Below are positions 25,547 through 37,959 of a DNA stretch of 64,000 bases, one piece after another; the stretch's first letter is position 1; each line of letters begins with the position of its first letter. The position numbers and the translations under genes are program-made. Below the pieces are notes generated by a model that saw only the letters and a list, made by a program, of their open reading frames with translations, was not told the origin of the DNA and ran no database searches. Source of the stretch: Octopus vulgaris (lineage: Eukaryota); contig OX597815.1 of NCBI GenBank assembly GCA_951406725.2, forward strand, positions 92,008,001 through 92,072,000, read 5' to 3'.

Positions 25547-27099
25547 GAGATCAACTGATGAGAAAATGATATCCTGACTAGGGAACAGAAGTATTTGTCA
25601 TCTACTTTATGGAATTAGAACTAAGCACCATTTCATGGAGGTCTCACAAGACATTTGTGTGTATTTATTATATACATAAAATCGAGCATTTTATCCTGGA
25701 ACCTAACATGGCTTTCTTGTTCTATAAAGATTCAAGCTGTGTAGGCTCAAGTCATGTAAAAACTGATAGTAATTTTTAGCTTGTGACTTACTGATGAAGT
25801 CCAGTAAGGCCAAAACATGTTTGAGACTTATCACTATACTGCCATAGGTCAGACCTACTTCACACTATAAATTCATCATCATCATTTTAACATTCACTTT
25901 TCCATGCTTACATGAGTGTATGGGTTAGATGGAATTCACTGAGGTAGATTTTCACACTGCCAAATGTCTTTCTTGTCACCAGCCCTCCCTCACTTCCAAG
26001 CAAGATAATATTTCATAATAGTCTGACATTTTTACAGAAGATTCCAAACAAATGACACTGCTTGTATGACAGTGAACCTCATTTACAACTATCACACATT
26101 GTCAAAACAAGGACACACTAACAGTCTCTTCTCTCTCTCTCTCTCATACACACACATATAAGCCCCTTTCAGCTTCTGCCTACCAAATCCACTCACAAGG
26201 CTTTTATCAACTTAGAGCTATAGTAGAAGATGCCTAAGATGGAACACAGTGGGACTAAACCTGAAGCCATGTTGCTTGGAAGCAAACTCCTTGACCACAC
26301 AAAAATGCCTAATACTGTCTTTGTTTAATTAATTGCTATTAATTCAAATTCCAGTGTTGCCATTCTTGTCTTTCTTCACTAGAATTAATCATTAAGATAA
26401 TGATTTTTTTCTCTTCACTATTGATGTAAGGATAATAGTTTGGTTCGCCACATTAAATATGTTAGTATACACTTTACTAATTGTTTTTCATGCAGCAGAC
26501 AGACATCTCTCAGTATCTTCCTCCAGTCATTCTTTCAAGTTGTCACATCATTCAGTGTTTATTCCCTAAAATCCTCTGCTGATGAAATTTAATTAGATCA
26601 AATATCTTCAGAGTTGTCACTATACTGCTAAAGATATGACTCTCTCTCCACCTTATACTATCTTCATCCAATTTAAATAATGGAGTTGTTCCCTTTCTTT
26701 CTCTAAACCTAAATTAATTGATAAGTAGTGTTTATCCCCACTTTAATGTGGGTGTTCTCTAAGAGACAACAATACTGCAATTTTAAGCACAGGAAGACAT
26801 CTCCAGCTGGTTTATTCAGTGTATTTTCCACACTTGATATTTATTACAAGTGGGTGATAACTCCTGCCATTCTAGCTTTGAGATCACCAGACCACATGAT
26901 TTCAGTCTTAGTGGATCTCTTCAGTGGTTGGAACTTGTTTGCCAGGCATGTCAGTAGTTTGATCTTGCTAGCAATCTATTGAAAATACAGTGTCATACAA
27001 TCACTGATTTTATAACCAGGAAACTAGTCCATTAGAAAATCTCTAAGATGGAAGCTGCATATGAAAAGGTAGTGTTTATCCCTACTTTAACATGGGTGT

Positions 27100-28600
27100 G
27101 ATTGTACATGGCTTGCACAGCTCTCACAAGCCATTCAGTAGACCTAGTTTTCTTAGTGAGTACAAGATGACAGAATTTTGTCAAAAGTCTCTTCCAAATC
27201 AAGGAATGCCAAATGTAGGGGCTTACCCTTAGCTGAGAACTTTCTCATGAAAGAACTTTTCACTGATAAGAGGACACAATGCATCTAAGCTCATTTTCCT
27301 CCCGATCAGCCATGCTGGAAACTCTTTCATGTCAATTTGATACCTTTGTAGTTACTTCTTACCTGAGCATCTGCTTTGTCTTTCCAGTAGTCATTTGGGT
27401 ATGGCCTCCATGTGAGTGACTAGCACATTTTCTGTTGCATTAGGTTCAGCATCTCAGTTACTTTTCCCGATGGTCAACCACTTTGACTGACCTCACATCC
27501 TTAATCATGCTTTTGACTGTGTAACTGTCAAGCTTAAAAGCTGATCCCTCTGTTGAGACTTCATGGGATAATCTGACTCTTTCTCATACATTCAGCAACT
27601 TTTCATACAACATTGCCATATCTCTTTCTTCTTGACATCAGTGACAGCAAGTGTACTATTATCATTTCACACACCTTTCCCCAACTGCATCTTGATTCTC
27701 ACTGACACATTGCCTTGCTGGCTGGAACATTTCATGGCTCTTCATCCTCTCATTGCAGAACATTGGCAAACATTTTTACTCTCAGTTTCTCTCCTTGCTG
27801 CATATACTTAATGTTGTTTTTAGCTACCTTATATTATTCTTTCCCCCTTCTCTGCTCTCCCATTCTTTCTTGCTCTTTCTCCTAGCTTTAATGGGTCTAT
27901 CTATTGTACTATTGTGCCCCCATGTCACTTTCCATCTCACTGGAACCTTGTTCTATCAATAGATCTTGGTCCAATGTTCACAGCAGTTTGTCTCTTAGAA
28001 ACTTACTGTTGCCCTCTGTGATATAATTCTATTTTCTCCGCTTTGTCATATGTGTCAGTACTGCTTTGAAATTAGCCATGGAATCTTTTAACCTCTGTAC
28101 CTTTCTTCACCAGATAGCTTTTGTCCTGAGTTTGTATACTTCTTATCCTGAGGTCACTAATTACTAGTCTATGTAAAGTAGTATCTTCTTCACTGAAGAG
28201 AGATTTCATATTCACAACCAGTTGCCCATATCACTTACAGGTGAACATGAAGTCTATCTAGTTTGCAAGCTCACTGGATTGGAAGGGGATCAGGTGTCTA
28301 GTTGGTTTCCTGAAGTTAGTGTTGCAAATAATTAGATTATTTTCATCACATAACTTCACAAACTTTGCATTCAATGTACAATATGCATGTGTGTGTGTGT
28401 GTGTGTGACACATACAGTATGTGCCACTTGTATAATGAGAGATGCCACTGAACTTATTCACTGCACCAAACTGTTATGTAGTGTTGTCTTTGAACCTGTC
28501 CAACCCTATGATAATGAGCCAATCATATTCAACCCCTTTACTATGATCTTGTACCCAGTACACCCAGCAATCACGAATTATTAATATCCAGCCCACCCTC
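27100..28600 (-). mobile_element. Decayed RTE endonuclease/RT fragment
   Basis: LCDENNLIICNTNFRKPTRHLI matches LMICNTNFRKPASHLI of ORF 37983. Confidence 0.65.
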
Positions 28601-28997
28601 ATCCTCTTTCATGCTCTCACTCCAGTCACTTTACCTTCATATTTTTGTTCTCTTCTTATCTTGGTTTTTTTCTATCATCGCTACCTGCTATTTACCCTAT
28701 TCCTCTTGCTACTTTGAGCAAACAGGTGCAGTATAAAGCAATGAGAACTCTTTAGACTTATAGAGGTAGAAGACAGTGTCATTGGTGCCATGATAAAATT
28801 CACCCAATACATGCCATACATTGATGGTGTTAGTAACCATCCAGCTTTATAAATGAAACCGAAAAGAAAATGTATGAGTGAACTTGATCCTCTAATAGAG
28901 CAGTAACTCCAAATAAGAACTTTTTTGAACCAGGGTGCCCCATCCAGATAGTGCCGGTATGGAAAATGGATATAAAATGATGACATATATATATATA

Positions 28998-29358
28998 GGT
29001 ACAGGAGTGGCTGTGTGGTAAGTAGCTTGCTTACCAACTACATAGTTCCGGGTTCAGTCCCACTGTGTGGCACCTTGGGCAAGTGTCTTCTACTATAGCC
29101 TCGGGCTGACCAAAGCCTTGTGAGTGGATCTGATAGATGGAAACTGAAGGAAGCTTGTATATATATGTGTGTGTGTCCCCAACATCGTTTGACAACCAAT
29201 GCTGGTGTGTTTATGTCCCCATAACTTAGCAGTTCGGTAAAAGAGACCGATAGAATAAGTACTAGGCTTACAAGGAATAAGTCCTTGGGCTTGTTTGCTT
29301 GGCTAAAGGCAGTGCTCTAGCATGGCCACAGTCAAATGACAGAAACAAGTAGAAGAAT
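28998..29358 (+). mobile_element. tRNA-derived CORE-type SINE
   Basis: A box TGGCTGTGTGG, B box GGTTCAGTCCC and CORE-like GGCACCTTGGGCAAGTGTCTT. Related copies or fragments lie at ~20300-20450, ~20740-20900(-), ~26160-26310(-), ~31030-31180, ~45120-45250 and ~51933-52090. Confidence 0.8.
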
Positions 29359-30871
29359 ATATATTTAAAATATGTGCTCACATCTACATAGAAACATGCA
29401 TATCAGTGCATCCATTTCTATCAAAGGTAACTTGATCAAGCAGTAAGGGTTGCTAAAGCCAGTGCCTGAAAGAATTAAGTACTGGGACTCAATATGATGA
29501 ATTTCAATTCTTGAAGGCATTGCTCTGAAACCAGTAAAATAATAAAAGAATGTGACTTTCTTTAATTTTGCTACCCTTTTCCCACCCATATACTTCATTT
29601 TTCCAACATGAATTGCCATTCATTATAATGAGAAGATGCCTTTCTTATTTCCAACTGCTGTGATAGAATAAACTCAGCAAGTGTTGTTACTTAGTCCCAA
29701 ATCATCCTTATGGTATTAAAGGTATTCCAGTCATATTTGATCACCATATCTTCTTCCTTCAGACATAATCCACCCACGCCTAATGTGCCTTTCATTTATG
29801 AGACAGAAGGTGTCTGATTTAATGAAAAATCACCTGCTGTTTCTAGCTGGTTAAACCACCACATAGAAGCTCCTTCATTGTTTTATAGATAATTGACTCC
29901 TGAGAGGAACATAGTCAGGGTTGTGGAACCTGAAGATACCTACCCTGTTGTTTATAGTTAGTGGTGAGATTATTCTTCCTTTTGTCTATCATTTTCTCAT
30001 TATCAAATGATTATTCATTGTATTGCTTGTATTCTGAGCAACCTTTCCATAAAACGTCCTTGTTTTGATCTTGTTTTTGGTGCAAGTTTTATCTTAAGGT
30101 TGTTAACTACTATTACCGCTACTACTATTACAACTGTCTATTATTACCAACATCACCACTACAATTATTTACTTCTCACAACATCGCCATCAGAGTATAC
30201 AATCCTCCTACAGGAGTGTGTTAGGTAGAATCATGCATGTGCCTGAGAAGAGATGTGTGTGTGTGTGTGTAGTAATGCTTGGGTGCCTGAGTTGCTGACA
30301 TCAGACCACACACTGACAGTTTAGGAATGTCTGTGTGTTATTACTGACAGCAACAGGCTAGTCTTAACACATACACCCACACACATATAAGTGCATATAT
30401 ACATTCATATATGTATGTGAGTGATACATTATATATACATTTATTCATTATACATATAACCTGCCTTCACTTTGTCTTTATGGAAAAGAATTGGTAATGG
30501 TAGATGGAAAGCTGTGAAGTGGGATGTATAGGTATATTTATGTATTTATGAATTTAAATTTTATACACACACATGCACACACACACACGCATACACACAC
30601 GTGTGTGTGTATACACATATGTATATCACCATCATCATCATTTAATGTCCATTATCCATGCTGGTATGGGATGGACGGTTTGACTGAGAACTGGCAAGTC
30701 AGGATGCTACACCAGCCTCCAATCTGATTTGGCAATGTTTCTACAGCTGGATGCCCTTCCTAACGCCAACTACTCTGAGACTGCAGTGGGTACTTTTTAC
30801 ATTCCACCACCACGGGTGCCAGTCAGGTGGTGCTGGCATTGGCCATGCTTGAATGGTGCTTTTTACATATG

Positions 30872-30917
<46 letters not shown>

Positions 30918-30946
30918 TCTATATATAGACACACATATATATATAG

Positions 30947-30981
<35 letters not shown>

Positions 30982-31512
30982 CACACACTTGCATTGTGTG
31001 TGTGTGTATGTTTGTGTGTATGTGTGTATGCAGGCATGGCTATGTGGTAAGAAGTTTACTTCTCAACAACATGGTTTTAGGTTCATGCACAATGCCTGGT
31101 ACGTTGGGCAAGTGTTTTTTGCTATAGCCCCAGGCTGACCAAAGTATTTAGTTAAGGGAAACTAAAAGAAGCCCATTGTGTTACTATGTCCTTCCCTTGA
31201 GGTCAGGTGATAGTTGTAAACAAGCCTCACTGTCACACAAACAGTCTTCTTTGTTTCTAATCTTCCATGATAACATGTCTGGTCATGGGGAAATTCTACC
31301 TTATATGGAAACAAGTAAGGGTTGGTGACACAAAGGGTATCCCGTCATAGAAATTCCACTTCAATAAATTCTATCTAACCCATGCGAGCAAGTAAAAGTG
31401 GACAGTGAAATGATGATGATGATCACTATATAGCAGTTCTTGGGCTCAGCAGATTCTGTTAAATCCTCCATCCTATGCCAGCATGGAACATGGACATGAA
31501 ATAATGATGATG

Positions 31513-31561
<49 letters not shown>

Positions 31562-31964
31562 CATACTAGACTACCCATGATCCGGTGGGTCACTGGGGAA
31601 GTCTGAGTTTCCCAGCAATGGAGTTTTGCTTCGTGGTTTTTTTTTTCCATGTTATTTCACATGCTTTCAACAAATGTGACATTGAAATCACACATAAACG
31701 GCTCCTTTCCCCAGAAAAGGAAAGATTTGACTGCTATTTCTTGGATGCCCTGCTACTACGTAACAGGTATTTCGGGTTCTTTATCGCAAATAGCTGTTGT
31801 GTGGTAGCAGGGTGTGCTAGAAGTAGCAGCTAAATCTTTGGAGGTGAGATACGTTGAATGCACTCAAAAAAAACCTATGGAAAAAAACTATTTCACACTG
31901 AGGTTACCAACAGGTCTTTTATGAAATATTTACCGTATTTTTAAAGTTATTTTCACTTAAAAAT

Positions 31965-32056
31965 ATTTTGCCCATCATAATGTGTCATGTGTCTAGTTAT
32001 TTTGCCCGTCATAATGTGTCTAGTTATTTTGCCCATCATAATGTGTCAAGTTATTT
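31965..32056. repeat. 27-bp tandem repeat, about 3 copies
   Basis: TTATTTTGCCC(A/G)TCATAATGTGTC(T/A)AG repeated. Confidence 0.8.
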
Positions 32057-33145
32057 TTGGAGTATTTTCCCATTATGCACTGTTTTGGGTTTTATACCCC
32101 CAAAAGCCTGAATATCTCAATAACTACTGGCCTGATTTAAGCAAAACTTGTTTTATTCCGTTTGACTTCACACTTCAGGAGCATTTTACTTTCAAATTAT
32201 TTTCCTATTATGTGCCAGTTTGGCTGTGTGACATTGCAAGCAAGCAAAGTTGAACTTCACTTTTAATGTATTATATATATATATATCATCATCATCATCA
32301 TTTGACATCTGCTTTCCTTGCTGGCTTGGATTGGAGAATTTGACGGGGAATAGGCCATCTGCAGGTCTGCGACGAGTTCCTATGTCATCTTTGACCTGTT
32401 TCCTATGGCAGGATGCCTTTCATAATTCCAACCTCTTTACAGAGCATACTGGGTGTTTTTTTTATGTCACTGGCACTAGTGAGGTTGCTATATAACTTGC
32501 AAGACAGAAAGGAAAAAGACCATACGAGTAAGAGAAAATGTTTGGGAGGGGAATGTGGAGATAAGTGGCTTTATGCCAGGTGTTGAAAGGCTAAAATACG
32601 ACAGAGGGACAAGCACAGGTGTCTTGCTATAGAGGAGATACATGCCTGAACAAGATAGAAAGAAGGTAATGATGGACTACTAGAGCACACTCTTAAGGAA
32701 CAAGACTGTGAGCATAAGAGAGGATATGAACAATGGGTTGTGGGAGGAGATGATAGAATGAGTGCTTTCAGAAGAGTGTGAGGAGGGAGTAAACAGGTGG
32801 AGATAGAAGTTAATGTAGTGAGTAATGAACAAGGGTGGGGGTACATAATAGGAAACACCAGTATGTAAGTGTGTGCCATATATTTATACATACACACGCA
32901 TAAATTTATATATGTGCATAGATAAATTAATATCTAGATATGTATGTATATGTAGATAAAGACATGTGGATGTTTGTCTACCCCCTTCCCCCCATATATA
33001 TATATTTATTTATTTTATTAATATTTGACAGAAGTAACAATGACTGAAGGAACAAGAGGTTCATGCTAACATGTGATCTCTTAAGCACCACCAGCTCAAA
33101 TATTTTCTCCTCTGTCTTCCCTCTTTGGGATCTTTCCTTCTCCTT

Positions 33146-33180
33146 GTTTCCGACGAAGAACTCCGCTCGAAACGTTAAAC
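33146..33180 (+). ncRNA. Minimal Penelope-type hammerhead motif, slightly decayed
   Basis: GTTT CCGACGA A GAAC-tcc-GCTC GAA ACGT T AAAC. U4 is C and stem II has one mismatch. The palindromic ACGT stem III is typical of Penelope minimal hammerheads. Confidence 0.6.
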
Positions 33181-33324
33181 CCTCCTTCCCTTCTTTCCTG
33201 AGCGTCAATAATACTTTAATTGTTCCACGTCTTGCGTTGCTGTGTTTTTTTCTCCTTTTTTTTTTTCTCTTTTTTTCTGTGTTTTCTTGTTTGGATTAAC
33301 TTTATATATATATATATATATATC

Positions 33325-34690
33325 ATCATGATCATTATTTAACGTCTGACTAGGCAGAAGCCTGCACCAGACTTCTGTAACTGTTTTGGCAGCTAGATGC
33401 CCTTCGTAACACCAACCACTCAGCAGAGTGGACTTAGTGCTTTTTACCTGGCACAAGCACAGGTGACGTCAGTTTTGGCAAGCTCCTTACAGCTGGATGC
33501 CCTTCCAAACACCAACCACTTTACAGTGTGGACTGAGTGCTTTTAAGTGGCACCTGCACTTACAGGGTCACCAAGACAAAAAAATCTCTTTTGAGAGGGA
33601 AGGGGGCACTGCAGGAAGTGATCTTGTGTCAAATGATGAAAGGTTATAGTGAGACAGAGAGATAGAAACAGGTGTTTTGCTGTAGAGGAGGTACAATGTT
33701 ACCTGACTGGAGAGAGAGAGAGATAGAAAGATCAGGAATGAAGACAGAAACAGGTGTGCTGCTGCAAAGGAAATACATGGTTACCCAACCTGAGGGAAAT
33801 GCAGGAGAAGGAGAGAGAGAGAGTGGGAGACAGCAGAATAGAGATGGTGAAAAAGTGCTAGGCATATTCACAAGGGACGGCGATCAGAATATAAATGGGA
33901 TGGTTGAGTAAAGGAAGAGAGAGATAAAGATGGTGGCAAGTACCAGGGCATAACCTTGAGGTTCAAATGCCATAATATAAGTGGCAGGATATTGCGAAGG
34001 AAGTGTGATTAAAGAGTGCGGAGGAAGGAGAGTGAGTAGCGAAAACCTGGTTATATATAGAGTTGGGGTCGATAACTTGGTTATATATAGAGTTGGGGTG
34101 ATACAGAGGAACAGAGCCATGAAGACAGGATTGGGGAGTTAGAGGTAGGCATAGCGTATAAAGGAGGAAACATGGGGAAGAGAAGAGATGTAGAGACGTA
34201 GATTGGTTTGTTGGGGTAGGGTGAGTGAAAAGTTTTCTTGTTACATGTAGGTGGAATGCACAGATCAGGGGGCTAGTGGATAACAATGATATGATACAGT
34301 GAGATAGAGCCAAGAGGATAGGATTGGGGAGTAGGAGGTAAGCATAGTGCATGAAGTTGAAATGCAAGCAAGAGAAGAGATGTAGAGATATAGTTTGGTT
34401 TGTTGTGGTAACGTTTGTGAGAAGTTTTCTTGTTAAGTGTGGGTGGAGCACACAGCGCCTCTAGAACTCAGTTTCACTGACATGGGTGGGTCTTAAGAAC
34501 CTCATATCGCCAGACATCTCGGTCTATTGTCATTTCCTCCATGTAGCCCAATGTCCTGAGATTGATCCTTATCACTTCACCCATGTCTTCCAGGCTCTCC
34601 TTCTTCCACGGGTACCATCCACTTTCAGCACCATGCACTTCTTTATGCAGCTGTCCTCATTCATACACATCACGTCCAAACCAAACCAAT
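33325..34690 (-). mobile_element. RTE 3' end with long (~1.2 kb) 3' UTR
   Basis: HWFGLDVMCMNEDSCIKKCMVLKVDGTRGRRRAWKTW, followed by a purine/pyrimidine-skewed UTR and a (GAT)n tail. Partial copies at ~19140-19540, ~32290-32830 and ~51440-51910. Confidence 0.65.
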
Positions 34691-34854
34691 GTAGTCTTCT
34701 CTCTCTCTCTCTCAATATATGTATGTATATATATATATATATAAAATCAAACCAAATCAAATCAGACAAAATCAGACCAAATCAAATCAGATATCAGAAA
34801 GCAGAACCAAAATCAAATTCGATCAACATCAATGGAAATTGCAGCTGTGGTACC

Positions 34855-35228
34855 AGTGCCGGTGACAAGTAAGCGAACCATCCGATCATGGCCGTTGCCA
34901 GCGCCGCCCCGACTGGCCTCCGTGCCGGTGGCACGTAAAAGCACCATCCGTTCGTGTCCATTGCCAGCCTTGCCTGGCCCCTATGCCGGTGGCACGTAAA
35001 AGCACCATCCGTTTGTGGCCGTTTTCCAGCTCCGTCTGGCACCTGTGCGGGTGGCACGTAAAAAGCACCTACTACACTCATGGAGTGGTTGGCGTTAGGA
35101 AGGGCATCCAGCCGTAGAAACACTGCCAGATCAGACTGGGCCTGATGCAGCCTTCTGGCTTCACACACCCCAGTTGAACCGTCCAACCTATGCTAGCATG
35201 GAAAGCAGACGCTAAATGATGATGATGA
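34855..35228 (+). mobile_element. RTE 3' UTR fragment with internal tandem units and (GAT)n tail
   Basis: Three GGTGGCACGTAAAAGCACC units, then GGTTGGCGTTAGGAAGGGCATCCAGCCGTAGAAAC, then GATGATGAT. The same family occurs at ~4780-4930, ~30630-30870, ~54660-54907, ~59590-59760 and ~62225-62640. Confidence 0.75.
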
Positions 35229-35349
35229 TATACAGAGAGAGAGAGAGAGAGATACATATATATGTATATAGAAAACAAGGTTATTTTATTCCACATGGGC
35301 AGAAATATTGGAAAAATAGAAGTTGAAAATACACTGAAAATAGTTCAAA

Positions 35350-36470
35350 TGTTTTTATTATGATATTTAAAGATTTAACCAGTTTCACAGTTTACACTGC
35401 TTTTCAAAATTTTGAAATAGAGAGGCATGGCTTATATCACAGCTATTTTGCTTCTGAAGCTTGCCTTATTTTTATAAGTTCATGGCTCAAATTAGTATAT
35501 GTTTTGAATAGAGTTTGATTGGTAGAGGATAGTCAAATGACTGGTGTTAGAAATATTTGTAGGTTCCCCTGCTACGTCTGTGTGTTAGTATCAAGTGATA
35601 ATGTTTAGCATCATAAGTTAAGGCAGACACAGTTGATGGAACGAGTCTAGTGGTAGTACTAAACAATCACTGCTCTGAATGTTTTCTGTTAAGTATTTGT
35701 AGGGAATGAGCATGTGATTAAATTTAAAACCTTCTCTATATCTCCTGCTACATCTGTGCATTAGTGTCTTGTAGCAGTACATTTTGCACCTAACAGGAAG
35801 GCTGACACGGTTGAGTGAATGTATTTAGTTACAATCAAGGCACTCCACATTTAATCTGTCAGGTGAGAGAGTAGACAGGAATCATTTGTATGTCATCCAG
35901 TGGCTAAAGTTTAGGTTGTAGGTTCCTCATGTTAAGTGGCAGAATGAGCTTTGTGTGTGAATAGTTATTTGTTAAGTCTGGGTTTCATACTTTTGTATGA
36001 AAGTATTCTCTTTATCTGTGCTTCTCTGTGGTATTCACTGAACATAGGTAGAGTGGGAAGACCTGGAATTTGGGGGACATATTTTTTGCATATATGTCTA
36101 TGTGTCCACTCAGTGGAACCTGTCTAGTACTGGAGTTTCATATTTGTTGTCAGTGAATGGTCAGCCTATTTCTTAGAGTAAGCTTTGTTTGACCTATGTA
36201 ATCTTCATTACATCCTTGACATTTGATAGCATATATTAAATTCCTTGAAGCACATGTAAAGTAATGTTTTATGATAAAAATTTGTCCTGATTTGAATTTG
36301 TATGTTGTGTCTTCAATAAGATTGATGTAAGTCGCACAATTAGAGCGGCCACACTTTTTGACTGTTGGTGTAGGAGTTGTGGAAGGTAATTTAGCACCCG
36401 TGAGGAATTTTTTGAGAGACTTTGATTGTCTTTTACTTTCAATTATTTTGTGTATTTCGAATGCTTGTTT

Positions 36471-36476
<6 letters not shown>
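35350..36476 (-). mobile_element. Penelope-like element 3' part: GIY-YIG endonuclease and downstream region
   Basis: KKCGRSNCATY...FTCASRNLIYAIKCQGCNEDYIGQTKLTLRNRLTIH gives the GIY-YIG motif with the Penelope Cys linker. It continues with stops to ~35970. A decayed hammerhead and AATAAA lie at ~35352-35410. Confidence 0.85.
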
Positions 36477-36513
<37 letters not shown>

Positions 36514-36800
36514 CACACTAACTAAACATTATCTTTAAGACATAAAATCAGAGTTGTAAGTAGTGGAAAGCACAGTATTGTACAGTTAAGGTGAATGAGG
36601 TGCAACAGTGTGTCTTTTAAAATCTCTCTCTCTCTCTAACCTTAAAGCTAATCAAGTAATGCTCCATGATCTACTTAGCAATGGTGGTAATAGTGACATT
36701 TGAGGGAATTCAAAGAGAAACTATGTGCACCTTATTGTTTTCTTTGTATATGTACATACAGAAACATGTTTGTGTGTGTGTGTGCGCAAGCTCATAGATC

Positions 36801-37330
36801 CAGGGTGTTCAGGATAAAAGGAAAAGAAAGCACAATATCTCATCCAAAAATAAAAATATTTGAAAAACTCAAAAACTATCAACTACATTATGGCTGGGAG
36901 ATAACAGTTTACTCAATGTAGCTGCCCTTAGCTTTCAACATAGCCTCAAGATGACTCTGGAACCTGGGAAGATCTTTGATTCCCTCTTTGACCTTGCCCA
37001 CCAGCTTAGTCTTGGTTGTTGCAGGCAGAGTGGTTGGTATCTTTCTCAATATCTCATCCAAAAATAAAAATATTATAGGATTACAATCAGAGAAATTAGG
37101 ATAGCAGAAATTGGGGCTGGTGAAGTCGTAAAGCTGTTTGACACAAACCCATAAATCAGCAATGCATAAACATTGAACAAGTGATTGGATGGCTTTTTGC
37201 ATTTTGGTCAGGTTCAGTTGCTGGCAACCCAATGTAATCACACCTGTAGAGTTTCTCTTGAACAGGTAAAGTTCTCTTGTAATACTAGACCAACAACTTA
37301 CAAAATATTTCATAATCCTTCACCTGAGTG
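36801..37330 (-). mobile_element. Tc1/mariner-superfamily (maT/DD37D-like) transposase C-terminal remnant
   Basis: FTSPNFCYPNFSDCNPI resembles WPPNSPDCNPLD, and LEAMLKAKGSYIE resembles LEAVIEAKGGYIE. CAGGGTGTTCAG TIR-like end at 36801. Confidence 0.55.
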
Positions 37331-37444
37331 AGAACAGCTGAATTCTATTTTCCATTCATCTGTAAGCTCTTGTGGGAATTGTTTTTTCATTATTTGTTTT
37401 GAAATGGCAACTAACCAATTAATTTTATATGTTTCTTCTTCCAG

Positions 37445-37579
37445 GTTAGGTGGACCTGATCCTTTGGACTATATCAGTATGTATGCCAACTCTGGTGATC
37501 CAAACAGAAACATCCCTCCCCATTGGCATTACATTAGTTTTGGATTATCTGATCTCCATGGTGATGGCCGTGTGCATGA
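37445..37579 (+). CDS. SUFU: Suppressor of fused, exon 2
   Basis: ccag|G LGGPDPLDYISMYANSGDPNRNIPPHWHYISFGLSDLHGDGRVH GA|gtaagt; 135 nt. Confidence 0.96.
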
Positions 37580-37959
37580 GTAAGTAAAATTATCAAATTA
37601 CCCCTCCACTTTTTTTTTCTTTTTCCATTTTACTTCTAATTTCTCCTCAAGAATATAAGCAGGTGGGTTTAGGAAAATTTCAGTATTCTGAATATAATAA
37701 TAATAATAAGTGAGTAGATCAGTGTATTTTATTTTTTTAATAGTTTGTTGCCATTTTTAGTATTTTACCACAAAGATTAATGGGGGCTTTTGTTTCTATG
37801 GCTTTAACTGAAAAGTATTGGTTTGCAGTTCTTGCAAGAAGATTATGCAGAACGCAAGAGTTAAGCCTAAGCAACTTAAAGAAATGTCCTCATTCTCTTA
37901 CATGTCCATGACTGAATGTATCACAAAAGATTCATCTTCAGGGCCAAAAAATATTTCAG

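Noticed and set aside
30524-31050. ORFs rich in YI/HT/CV repeats (also 12606, 46813, 46973, 53753)
   Set aside because: These are translations of (TA)n/(CA)n microsatellites, not genes.
34860-35070. Regularly spaced GGTGGCACGTAAAAGCACC repeats resembling a CRISPR array
   Set aside because: The intervening sequences are similar to each other, the context is eukaryotic, there are no cas genes, and they belong to an RTE 3' UTR.
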